This document shows positions 9,701-19,000 of a DNA stretch of 64,000 nucleotides, in pieces (the first letter of the stretch is position 1; each line of letters begins with the position of its first letter). The DNA lies in sequence record NC_023719.1; one strand, given 5' to 3'. A model generated the notes under the pieces. That model searched no databases and was not told the DNA's origin. It was given only the letters and a program-made list of their open reading frames with translations. Position numbers and translations under genes: made by a program.

Positions 9701-12700
9701 AGGTACATTTACTTTTGAAAACTTCAAATTATCAAAGGTAAATAGCTACATTGAACAGTATGTACCTTATGGAAGATGGGTTTTGCCGGAGGACTTAATA
9801 TTAGAGAATTTAAATTTAAAAACAAATTTAAGAGACGATAGAAAAACAATATCAGACGCTATAACACTTGATACAGTTGTAGATAAAATAGAAGCTGCGA
9901 AAACATCTCAAAAACATATTATAACGAAACAAGCGACAAAAGGTATTTGGTCTATTGGTGATACTATTACTATCAAGGCTGAAAAAGGAATCATTGGAGG
10001 AGTTCTAAATAGTGAAGATATTTTAGCTAAAATATTAACTAATTCTGGTGGTTCAATTTCGAAAGTTGAAGTAGATGATATTTCTAAACTTACAGTGAAT
10101 AAGAGTTTTAAAATATTCAATGCTTCAACAAATGAAATAAGTAACACAGTTTACAATGTAAACGATATTTTAGTAGGCAATAAGCAAATTGTTTTTTCAC
10201 CTGAACTAACTATAGATGATAATGATGTTAGAATATTAGTAGAGACATCTGTATCTAATTCAGTACCGTTAGCCAAAGCTGCCGGTTTAATAGGCACTTG
10301 GGAAGGATTAGAATCTAAAAAAGTTATTTTCAAAATTACAACTCCTCCAACTACTAATAATAGTGATATTGAATTACGTTACGTAGTTAATTATCAAGCG
10401 GGTGAAGGAATTAAGAAAGTTCCTTGTGAAATTTTCAATCCAATAATTAATGACATTGAATATACAAGAGATTCTTCATTAGAGTTAAAAGCTGATTTTA
10501 GAGGAAAGGTTATTAGAAGTGTTATCGAAAATCCACACGTTGTAAAAGAAAGTATAACTTCTACTACTCTACTAAATCCATTAGATAGCGGGTGGATAGA
10601 GTATGATGGTTCTATGATACAATACTTAAACGGTTTAGTTAGAACATTAGAAAGTAATAGTAGTGATAAGATAACACAACAGATTTTTTCTTTTGATATT
10701 TTAGAAGAAGTTGAACGTCAAATTGGAAGAATACCTAAAATTACAAAAGATGAAAAATTGCAATGGTTGAAAAATAACATCAGCGGTATTACTAGTAATT
10801 GGTACGGTTATGGGAGTAGTGTAGGAGGGTATGGAGTTGAATTTGCGGTTTTCGCTGCTTCAATTGGCTGGACTAATAAAGTTAATCATTTAAAGTCAAA
10901 CATTTCTAAATTAAGCATTACTTCTTTTGATTTACAAAATCTGATTGATTCAAATGGTTTAATGTATTTTACAGTTTACACTATCAATAAATCAAACACA
11001 TCGACACCATCAATAGTATTTACTGATTATATAGAACTAAACATTTTAATGAAAAATGTTTCTGAGACTGATTATGAGACATTTACACCAAGTATTAAAG
11101 AGAGATTATTGGTTGATGACCCTTCTTTGTTTAAAGAAGGAGAAAACATGATTAATCCTATCAATATTTTGCCTTATACTTCATTGGATAAGTCTACGAA
11201 TACTGTTATGGTAGGTTTACCTAGCTCTTATAACAACACTAATATTGTAAGTGATTATGACTTTACAGTTAATATCAAAGATCTAATTAACAATAAGGGT
11301 TTTAGTGTTAGATTTATGAGTCAACCAAATAAATATTACACTCTGAGTTTTGATTTAAAGTTAATTAAGTCTGCTAATGGTATAAGGGTTGGAATATTAA
11401 AAGATAATGGACAATATAGCTACACTACCTATACAACTGATGGATTGATTTCAACAACTATTAATGTTCCAAAAACTGGAGAAGTTGTTTTTGTTGTAGA
11501 AAGTTTAACAAATCAAGGAAGTTTTAAAGCAAGTAATCTAATGTTAACGCCTGGGTTAACATCGAAGCCATTTGTTCCATTTTCTAAGTTTGTAAAGAGA
11601 AAACGCAAGTTAAATTTCCTAAATAAAATATCTGGAAGTACATTTGAAAATCCCCATAGAGATTTATGGAAAGATGGTAATTTAGAACAACCTTCAGAGT
11701 TTTTCGAAGAAAATGAACAAATCTATTATGAACAAGCAAGTAAAGAAGATGGAACTGTAATGGAGTATTATTTAAATACAATAGGGAGATATCCGCAAGA
11801 TTTATTTGAATTTGACTTATCTCACTTAGGATTATCACTTTCTGAAATTAGAGCTGCTCTTAAGAAAGTAAAAGTTAGATGGGTTGGCTTTGGTTTTGGT
11901 GATAGCGGTGGTAAGAGAACTTACGGTAGTACTATATATATATGGGAAAACAACGCTTGGAATAATAGCTATGGATTACAGCACAACAGTAATACTTCTG
12001 CTGTTATCGAGAAAGATATACCCTTTAATACAAATAAAAGTATTATTAGTGATGATCAAAAAATACGTTTATTGTCTCGTTCTACTTATCCAGCTAGTAA
12101 AAATATACAGGCTAGTACTTTTGTAGATTATGTTTCATTGGAAATAGAGTTAGCAGATTGGGTAGATACAGTTAAGAAGAATGTAGTGAAAGTTAGAAAA
12201 GAAACAAAAGAGATAAAAACTATTTACCCAACAGTTTCTCCTTCAACTGGTAGAACTGATAAGATTGAGTTGTTCTATAATTATGTCCCATACCAAGGGA
12301 TTCTTATAAATAGTATTAATAGCTTAAGAACAAAGTATGCAGACAACAACTTTATGTATAATACCACTCTAGGAACAGGTAACATTTGTAAATCTGGAAG
12401 TAATGTTGAGAGTGTTAATTTACCATTAACTCCAAATACTAGAGATTTTGATTTAGTTCCAAAAAAACAATCGCATTCTTACAATAATTTAGAGTCTAAA
12501 AATGTAAGATTTAATCTTAATAACTCTAACATTGGTTTACCTAATTATTATTCGCTTGTTGATTTAGATTTCAATTTAGAAAATAGTGATATTAAAATTG
12601 AGAGAGGTATTTACGCTTATAGTTCAACACCTTATGGTTTCTTAACTATTGATACTTTAGATAATTTCTCATTATTATATCATCCAATGTTAGTTGAGTT

Positions 12701-12815
12701 TAATAATCAATTATATATGATTGTATTTGCTTACAATAACAATCATAATAATACATTGAGCGCGGTAGATATGTTTTCTATTGATGGTAGGCCTTTATTG
12801 AAGGAGGATAGTTAA
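6783..12815 (+). CDS. Large virion structural protein (baseplate/tail-fibre type), 2010 aa
   Basis: N-terminal FLLEDELNESQW...ETSRRIQ domain shared with 14501 and 34712 (reminiscent of DUF4815-type ELNELQ N-termini); beta-rich repeated modules. Confidence 0.7.
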   Translation: MCPSFRRSNKGIFQDNSNVLSIFHGTDAFLLEDELNESQWNHIEARAEMFRAQYTSGILSDFNLVKVDNNSSYIETKDSKPFYVLVDGYLVKIGGNQFGNILSSDSRLIFDTNLENEVDKLHFIEFWFEAINHSQDLRKFGGEDTSLITNKMLDDRIKTETSRRIQMQWKISYHQTLTLDDEIGKWIKVGDHLYKKNFNPIYDLNGNLTNPGIRYAIIVAKNSHVSGEELLIHEEARVKLKENNAFKDLNKGENGDISFTDENNLFESETLNGALDELKIQSNNIGKNRTEIVTDIIHSGFTKLGEIGEDVILDDNYLIERNNFELSESTVYINGQRISIPKRMINLSEPPENGSREDLVFLEAFWTMKNPGDAIYKNNCVEDSIERYTITYEKILEWRIRIVDGVDFAKFTMDGFTVDTDNLDSDKYNNKVILPMGKKSSPITYNTSQYDNGIIRFSNYKQNSNNDIGFYLAGNGDAESKLILDTIDGYIYAIPMFKIKRRNSKEFSANNSYGSSSVKQVIKQYIDFNNVQPNELQKLSLNSDLVQYFKTVIGRKFIYVPEKESYKFLVVSADETNNVVTIKNIGTQLIDYNDAYWVIVSSRPDEKYSDVVYRDDIIDLRHKVSFSNCDYKSLLEKNFNKLLKGKLNTKEQIKMKKEYINLQPAQIEIASSFKPVKVNQADGNSKKLVNMMSGFSNNSKSKMYWLTPPEYYGDNPLEFKWIEEENAFSATKEYFCYTHSVPVNVKINSYYLAGFKLKGGTGYFHIHETGNENSFTDITGIAENDEYQNFYLPFKTENKRSIYYEFENEKLNSGGTRIGYYETMFKDVFLYEIDEATYNLILNKNVEYVGDKLTQKFPYVSSYPTVVENLIPNLNSEIWDQYSKAKIVNGKLVLTANESEVNSFIVLDGQSFTTYILECDYISEDGKQPTIYTTSDKVDWWELGFVYRHGSIIVFYTGNWTSKIAIDFHNSNKGTFTFENFKLSKVNSYIEQYVPYGRWVLPEDLILENLNLKTNLRDDRKTISDAITLDTVVDKIEAAKTSQKHIITKQATKGIWSIGDTITIKAEKGIIGGVLNSEDILAKILTNSGGSISKVEVDDISKLTVNKSFKIFNASTNEISNTVYNVNDILVGNKQIVFSPELTIDDNDVRILVETSVSNSVPLAKAAGLIGTWEGLESKKVIFKITTPPTTNNSDIELRYVVNYQAGEGIKKVPCEIFNPIINDIEYTRDSSLELKADFRGKVIRSVIENPHVVKESITSTTLLNPLDSGWIEYDGSMIQYLNGLVRTLESNSSDKITQQIFSFDILEEVERQIGRIPKITKDEKLQWLKNNISGITSNWYGYGSSVGGYGVEFAVFAASIGWTNKVNHLKSNISKLSITSFDLQNLIDSNGLMYFTVYTINKSNTSTPSIVFTDYIELNILMKNVSETDYETFTPSIKERLLVDDPSLFKEGENMINPINILPYTSLDKSTNTVMVGLPSSYNNTNIVSDYDFTVNIKDLINNKGFSVRFMSQPNKYYTLSFDLKLIKSANGIRVGILKDNGQYSYTTYTTDGLISTTINVPKTGEVVFVVESLTNQGSFKASNLMLTPGLTSKPFVPFSKFVKRKRKLNFLNKISGSTFENPHRDLWKDGNLEQPSEFFEENEQIYYEQASKEDGTVMEYYLNTIGRYPQDLFEFDLSHLGLSLSEIRAALKKVKVRWVGFGFGDSGGKRTYGSTIYIWENNAWNNSYGLQHNSNTSAVIEKDIPFNTNKSIISDDQKIRLLSRSTYPASKNIQASTFVDYVSLEIELADWVDTVKKNVVKVRKETKEIKTIYPTVSPSTGRTDKIELFYNYVPYQGILINSINSLRTKYADNNFMYNTTLGTGNICKSGSNVESVNLPLTPNTRDFDLVPKKQSHSYNNLESKNVRFNLNNSNIGLPNYYSLVDLDFNLENSDIKIERGIYAYSSTPYGFLTIDTLDNFSLLYHPMLVEFNNQLYMIVFAYNNNHNNTLSAVDMFSIDGRPLLKEDS

Positions 12816-13931
12816 ATGAGAAATATCTTAGTTAATCGTAAAAATTTAAAAGTAACGGGGAGTAATAGGTCTCCCCTACCTTTTGAAATAGAAATTAATA
12901 ATATAGATGTTACTAATTTAAAAAAGGAAGTTAAATATATAGAGTTAGAAAATAAATTCATTGAAGAAACATTAGAATCAGGAGAAGTAATAAAGAAGAA
13001 ACTTTATTTACTCCCTCAAGAAAACAAAGATGAACCAGTATCTTTTGCGAGAAAAATTGAAACAACTGAAATTACTGACAAACCTGTTATGGTAAATATT
13101 ATAAAGAAAAACCCAGCTCTTGATGATAATGGAGTTCAGAAAAAAAGTGAAATTACGCATTTTGGTGAGACAACTAAAATAACATCTGAACCAGTGATGA
13201 TTGATATTGAAATAAAAAAAGAAGATGGTACAATTGATATTCGAAAAATTCAAAAAACAGATGATAATAATAACCCGTTATATTATGGAGAAATTGGCAC
13301 AGGGATTTTTAATAATGTTTTTATCCTAGAAACAATAAGTGAGCAAAAACGAAATAACAATAATGAACCTTTATACTATAAAGAGACTAGAAAAGATATT
13401 GTAATTAAAAAACAACAAAAATCATTAGAGATAACTAAAGATGACCCTAGATGGAATGAACAGTTAGAAGAAGTAAAAGAAAAAATTAGTAAAACAAAAA
13501 TTGTTTCTTTTGAGGAAAATATGGAGCATTTCAATCTTGAAGATATCGTTAAACATAAAGAGGAACAACTTATAAATGGTACTTTCTATTCAAGAGCTAT
13601 ATTATTTGAAGTGATGAATAAAAAGATATTTTCAACAAATTTGTCCTCATATAAAGCGGATTTAGGAGTTGGGTTTATATCTTTACCTCCTAATGGAGAA
13701 ATTAGAACTGTGAAATTAACTTTACCTTTATCTGAAGAAATAATCGGGATTAAATTAGAATCCAGCGATTCAGGTGTTGAAATAAAAATAGGTAACACTA
13801 CTAATAATATGCAGTTGATTGATCAAAATAATGAATGTTATTTTGAAACAGCAGTATCTGAAGTATATGTTAATTTTAAGAATACATCTAATAAACGAAT
13901 TAATATTAATTCGTTTGCTTTATTAGTATAA
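12816..13931 (+). CDS. Hypothetical virion-associated protein, 371 aa
   Basis: Abuts the 2010-aa gene; short internal repeats (NNNPLYY/NNEPLYY, ITDKPVM/ITSEPVM). Confidence 0.7.
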   Translation: MRNILVNRKNLKVTGSNRSPLPFEIEINNIDVTNLKKEVKYIELENKFIEETLESGEVIKKKLYLLPQENKDEPVSFARKIETTEITDKPVMVNIIKKNPALDDNGVQKKSEITHFGETTKITSEPVMIDIEIKKEDGTIDIRKIQKTDDNNNPLYYGEIGTGIFNNVFILETISEQKRNNNNEPLYYKETRKDIVIKKQQKSLEITKDDPRWNEQLEEVKEKISKTKIVSFEENMEHFNLEDIVKHKEEQLINGTFYSRAILFEVMNKKIFSTNLSSYKADLGVGFISLPPNGEIRTVKLTLPLSEEIIGIKLESSDSGVEIKIGNTTNNMQLIDQNNECYFETAVSEVYVNFKNTSNKRININSFALLV

Positions 13932-13956
13932 AGAGGTATAAAGAGGTGAGAAAATC

Positions 13957-14298
13957 TTGTCAAATGAAATTAAAGAAGAACTAAGAAAAATAGCAGAAAG
14001 CAATTTGCCAGAATCCGTTATTGTTATAAGTTATATGGAACACATGTTAGATTTAGTTGCTACAATCACTAAAGAATTATCTAACTTGATAGATAAAGAA
14101 AAAATAAGTCCTGAATTACAACTGAAATTAGATATGTTAGAAAGTTTATTGCAATATAGTTCTGTAGATTTTGCTAATATTGAAAATCCAATGCAGGCTT
14201 ATAAAATACCTAAGACGATAGAGCTAAAAAATCAAACTAGAAAAGTGCAAGAACGATATTTAAAAAAGCAAATTGAAAAAGGTGTGTTTGGAGATTAA
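13957..14298 (+). CDS. Hypothetical helical protein, possible fibre chaperone
   Basis: TTG start after GAGGTGA; last gene before a terminator. Confidence 0.65.
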   Translation: MSNEIKEELRKIAESNLPESVIVISYMEHMLDLVATITKELSNLIDKEKISPELQLKLDMLESLLQYSSVDFANIENPMQAYKIPKTIELKNQTRKVQERYLKKQIEKGVFGD

Positions 14299-14326
14299 AG
14301 ATATGCTTTGGCATATCTTTAATTTT
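14294..14326 (+). terminator. Intrinsic terminator
   Basis: 13-bp stem ATTAAAGATATGC-tttg-GCATATCTTTAAT followed by TTT. Confidence 0.75.
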
Positions 14327-14500
14327 GTTTAATAATTATCAAAAACTTAAATAATTTAAAGACTACATAGTTAAATAATAATTATTTTACATACGACAAA
14401 CGCATAGGTTATAAAAATTTTAATGATTTATATGTTAATACTGACGATTGAGCAGTTTTGAACTATTAAGTTCGTGAAAATATATGAGGGGTGAAAAATA

Positions 14501-15883
14501 ATGACAGCTTCTTTCAACAGAAATAATAAAGGCGCATTACATGAGGATAGTAATATTTTATCAATTTTTTATGGAAAAGACGCATATTTGCTTGAAGATG
14601 AACTAAATGAAGCGCAATGGAACGTGATTGAGGCGCAAGCAGAAAACATTAGAGTTCAATATACTAGTGGTATTTTAAGTGAATTTGATGTCGTTCAAGT
14701 TGACAATAGTAATGCTTACATTGATAGTATTAATGGCAAACCGTTGACTTTATTGGTTGATGGGTATATTGTTAAAGTTGGTGGAAACAAATACGATAAT
14801 GAATTATCTAGCGATAGCAGAGTATTGTTTAATCCAAAACCTACATCAAGTGGTAACCAAAACCATTTACACTATCTTGAATTTTGGTTTGAGGCAGTAA
14901 GCTATGCGTCAACTTTAAGAAAGTTTGGCGGAGAAGATACTAAAGAGATCACAAATAAGATGTGGGATGATAGAGTTAAAGTTGAGACATCTAGAAGAAT
15001 CCAAATGAAGTGGAAAGTTTCTTATGCTCAAGATTTAACTTCTAAAGGTTTTGAAAATGTTGGAGATAACTTATGGAAAAAAGTTGGAGAACCTACTTAT
15101 AATACAACAACTGGCGCTTTAGTTAAACCTGGTATTTCTTATGCTATTATATTTGCTAATGGTACTAATAGTGTTTCTGGTAATCCAGTAGTTTATGAAC
15201 ACTCTAAAGCTGTCATGAAAGATAATAACATTAAGAAAGACTTAGAAAGTAAATTAGCGTCTTCTAGTGTTATTGATAAAATCAAGCAAGATTTAGCAGA
15301 TTTAGAAAATAATTTAACTGTAGAGTTAAATAAACTTAGAGATGATTTTGAAACTAATAAATTACTTGTTGCAAATCAACTAGATGAATTAAGGCAAGAT
15401 TCTATTCAAACTAAAGAATTACTTGATCAAATAAAAGCTGACGTTCAAAAGAATAAAGATGCAATAATTGCTATGGATAAGGCTATTACTAAAATACAAG
15501 TTCAATTAGAATTAGATGGTCGTGTACCTGGAAATGGTGGTACTTTCGCAGATACATTTGATGGAACTGGTAGTAGAATGACATTGGATAAAACTAAAAC
15601 AGATATTATTAATGCAATTAATGCTGGAACAACTATTTTACCAGTAGCTAGTACAGAAGGCTTTGTTGTTGGTACACAAATCACTATTTTTGATGATATT
15701 GCTAACGAAGAAGCTATAATTGTAGCTATTGGTGATGGAACTATAACTATCGCTGCTACTACAAATGCTTACAAAAAAGGTGCAAAAGTTGTTCGTAGTA
15801 ATGTAATAATTGATACAGACAAGGCTGAAATGGGGACTGGTTATTGGCAGACTTATAACGTTGAAGTAATTGAGGTGTTGTAA
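14501..15883 (+). CDS. Virion structural protein with the shared LLEDELNE N-terminal domain and a coiled-coil stalk, 460 aa
   Basis: N-terminal ~240 aa clearly similar to the 6783 product; heptad region KIKQDLADLENNLTVELNKL... Confidence 0.75.
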   Translation: MTASFNRNNKGALHEDSNILSIFYGKDAYLLEDELNEAQWNVIEAQAENIRVQYTSGILSEFDVVQVDNSNAYIDSINGKPLTLLVDGYIVKVGGNKYDNELSSDSRVLFNPKPTSSGNQNHLHYLEFWFEAVSYASTLRKFGGEDTKEITNKMWDDRVKVETSRRIQMKWKVSYAQDLTSKGFENVGDNLWKKVGEPTYNTTTGALVKPGISYAIIFANGTNSVSGNPVVYEHSKAVMKDNNIKKDLESKLASSSVIDKIKQDLADLENNLTVELNKLRDDFETNKLLVANQLDELRQDSIQTKELLDQIKADVQKNKDAIIAMDKAITKIQVQLELDGRVPGNGGTFADTFDGTGSRMTLDKTKTDIINAINAGTTILPVASTEGFVVGTQITIFDDIANEEAIIVAIGDGTITIAATTNAYKKGAKVVRSNVIIDTDKAEMGTGYWQTYNVEVIEVL

Positions 15884-15901
15884 AGTAAAAATCTACTTTA
15901 C

Positions 15902-15964
15902 ATAATTAATATTTATCCTTCTATGTGAAAATCAACATACCATAGAAGGGTTTATGTTAATTAT
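15902..15964 (+). repeat. Conserved intergenic long hairpin, copy 1
   Basis: ATAATTAATAT-tt-ATCCTTCTATG...CATAGAAGGGT-tt-ATGTTAATTAT. Confidence 0.8.
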
Positions 15965-16001
15965 CCGTTACATATTGCTTTCAAAATAAGGAGGATTTTA
16001 G

Positions 16002-19000
16002 ATGGTAAAATACTATTATGATAAATACGCATCAATTAGTACTACCAAGTATGTAGAACCCGCGTGGATTAATATGAACGCAACTGGCTCAACCGTAGCT
16101 TTTACTCTCAAACCTAAGAGTTACTCGTTTAATTCAACTACAGGAAAGTTCAGTTTGTCTACTGATACATGGGGCCAAGCTGAAGAAACAATTCAAGTTG
16201 GACAAACTTGTTATGGATATGCTAGTGGAGAACTTTATGAATATACAGCTATACAATCAGCATCTTCAGGATCTGTGCCAATTTCTCTTTATAAAAAAAG
16301 AGAAATAGATACTACTACCCAAACAACATATTCAAAAGGTGCTTTATTACAGTCTAATATTGTTGCAGAAGATGGAACTTACCCTGTCAATGGACGTCAC
16401 ACTGATGGCTATTGGTATGTAAGAGGTTCTATTGCTAATACTGCGCCAACAGTTCCAGGTGTATTTGTATATCCTGAGGGGTCATTGGAAGTAGGTGATT
16501 CTAAAGTTGTTTCGTGGGGAGCATCTACAGATATAGATGGAAATTTGTCTAAATATATCTTAGAAGTATCTATTGATAGTGGTACTTGGACTCAAATAGG
16601 AACTCCAACTACAAATACCTTTAATTATACTATCCCAACAGCTGTTAATATTAAATTTAGAGTTAAAGCTCAAGATAATGATGGTTTAGAATCTGGATAT
16701 AGAGAAAGTTCTGTATTTACAGTACAAACACTAAATTCTAATATGGTAATTGATAAACCTTATTTAGTAGATGGTAATGGTGGTAGGAAATTAGTACTAT
16801 TAGAAAACGAAGCATTAGTTTTAGGACTTAGAGACTCCACCAACAATAGAGTTTATTGTTACAAATCAGTTGATAAAGGTTTAACTTGGTCAAAAATATT
16901 TGATAGAGGCATAGTTTCTAAAGATATTTCTTTAACTACTCAAGGGAATTTTATTCATTTATTGATAGCTGAATCAACAACAGTGTCTTATTATAAGTTG
17001 AACGAACTAGGGGAAGTTATTTCTTCTAATCTTTCAATTGATACGGGACAAATTGCAATTAGCAATATATCTTTAATAATCAATCCAGCAAATGGTTACT
17101 TGCATGCAGTATGGGCAAGTAAAGATTCAACGTATTCGAATTCATATAATCTCCGATATGCAAATAGTACTGACGGTGGGAGTACATGGTCGAGTGTAGA
17201 GCAAATAACTAAAATTAATAATACAACATATCATTTTGAATCCCCATCTATTGCAATTCATCAAAATGAACCTCTAATTGTATGTCAAACAAAAGGGTTT
17301 TATTTGAATGGTTCTGTAGTAGGTAGCGGCAATTCTTATGGTATCTTGCTATTGAGTAAAAATGCATCCTTAACTACAGATACTTCTAGTAATATTAATC
17401 TCCCATGGAAACACAAACTCATATATGGTGTTGATTCGTACGTACAGTCTAATCCTTCTGTAGTAACAAGTAAGGAAGGCGTCATTCACGTAACGTGGAC
17501 AGGTGCAGATAGTGCTTTTCCGTCAATACAAAATCTTAGATATAATTGGTCAACTGATGGCGGAGTAACTTGGAAATCACAAGTTACAAATAAAATAACA
17601 AATGAAACTACTAAAAATCAACTTTATCCATCAATAACTATTGATAAAACTGAAACCGCGCGTATAGTATGGCAAAGCGAAAACGGCGTTAATCAATATA
17701 CATTAAGACAGCTAAAAATGCTAAATGGTCAAGGAGAGTTAGATAAACCAGCTAATATTAAAACTGTAATAGGAGTATCGCCAGCTACGCTTTACGATCC
17801 TTCTTTGTTGGGTAAATTTGGAGATGTACCGTTTACAGTCTTTAATAAAACGTCTAATGATTCAAAATTATTAAGTGTTGACTGTATTGGTGAATATACG
17901 ATAAATAAAGCTCCAACAAAACCCGGCGCTTTTACTCAACCTACTGAAACTATTTTAGAGATAGGAGATTCTAAAATAATTTCATGGGGAGCGTCTACAG
18001 ATGAAAATGGAAATCTCTCTAATTATGTTTTAGAAGCTTCTATTAATAATGGCGCTTGGATACAAATGGGAGCCCCAACTACAAATACACTTACCCTTAC
18101 TATACCGAGTGTTCCTTCTGGCGCCAGCGCTAAGTTTAGAGTTAAGGCTGTTGATACTGAAGGCTTGACATCAGAATATACAGAAAGTTCTGTATTTACA
18201 GTAGTAGTGCCAACTTATTATTGGAGCAAATATTCTGTTATAGAAGAAAGACCATTAATTATGAGCATGTATAGTTATACTCCTTGGGATAATGAAACTA
18301 CTTTAGCAATTTCAAATTATGAAGGCAGGTTGTACTCTAGTTATATCGTTGAAGACAAGAAATTTAAACTTGTATCACTTGTGTCTTCAATTGCTTCGCT
18401 AACTGTAGGTACATTTGTATATTTAGATGCAGGTAATGATAGAATATCTAGTTTATATGTTGCTTATAATGATGGATTTAATATAGCTTTTAGCGATACT
18501 GTCTATGAATTGGTAGAAGGAGATTTGGTCTATAAAAAAGGTGATTTATTACAATCTGATATTGTAGGCGTATATAATGCATACACTAATAATGCTAGAA
18601 ATTCAGATGGTTTTTGGTATGTTAGGGGCGCAAGTACAAAAATCACTACCCCTGGCGCTTTTACCCAACCTACTGGGACTTTAGAAATAGGTGATTCTAA
18701 AATTATATCTTGGGGAGTAAGTAGTGGTGTTTTTTCCAAATATATTTTAGAAGTATCAATTAATAACGGGAATTGGACTAAAATAGCTGAACCAACATCA
18801 AATAGTTACACTTATGTTATACCTACAAGTGTCAGTCTTAAATTCAGGGTTAAAGCTGTTGGAGCTACTAACATAGAATCAGAGTATGTAGAAAGTAGTA
18901 TATTTACAGCTCAACCGCCACAGTACTATTATGATAAGTTTGCTTCAATAAGTAATACTCAATATGTTGATAACGCTCCATGGGAATATCTGGGACCAGG

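Noticed and set aside
6568-14490. Hammerhead ribozyme suggested by CUGACGA
   Set aside because: In neither copy is CUGANGA followed by a stem II closing directly onto GAAA; the motif sits in a hairpin loop instead.
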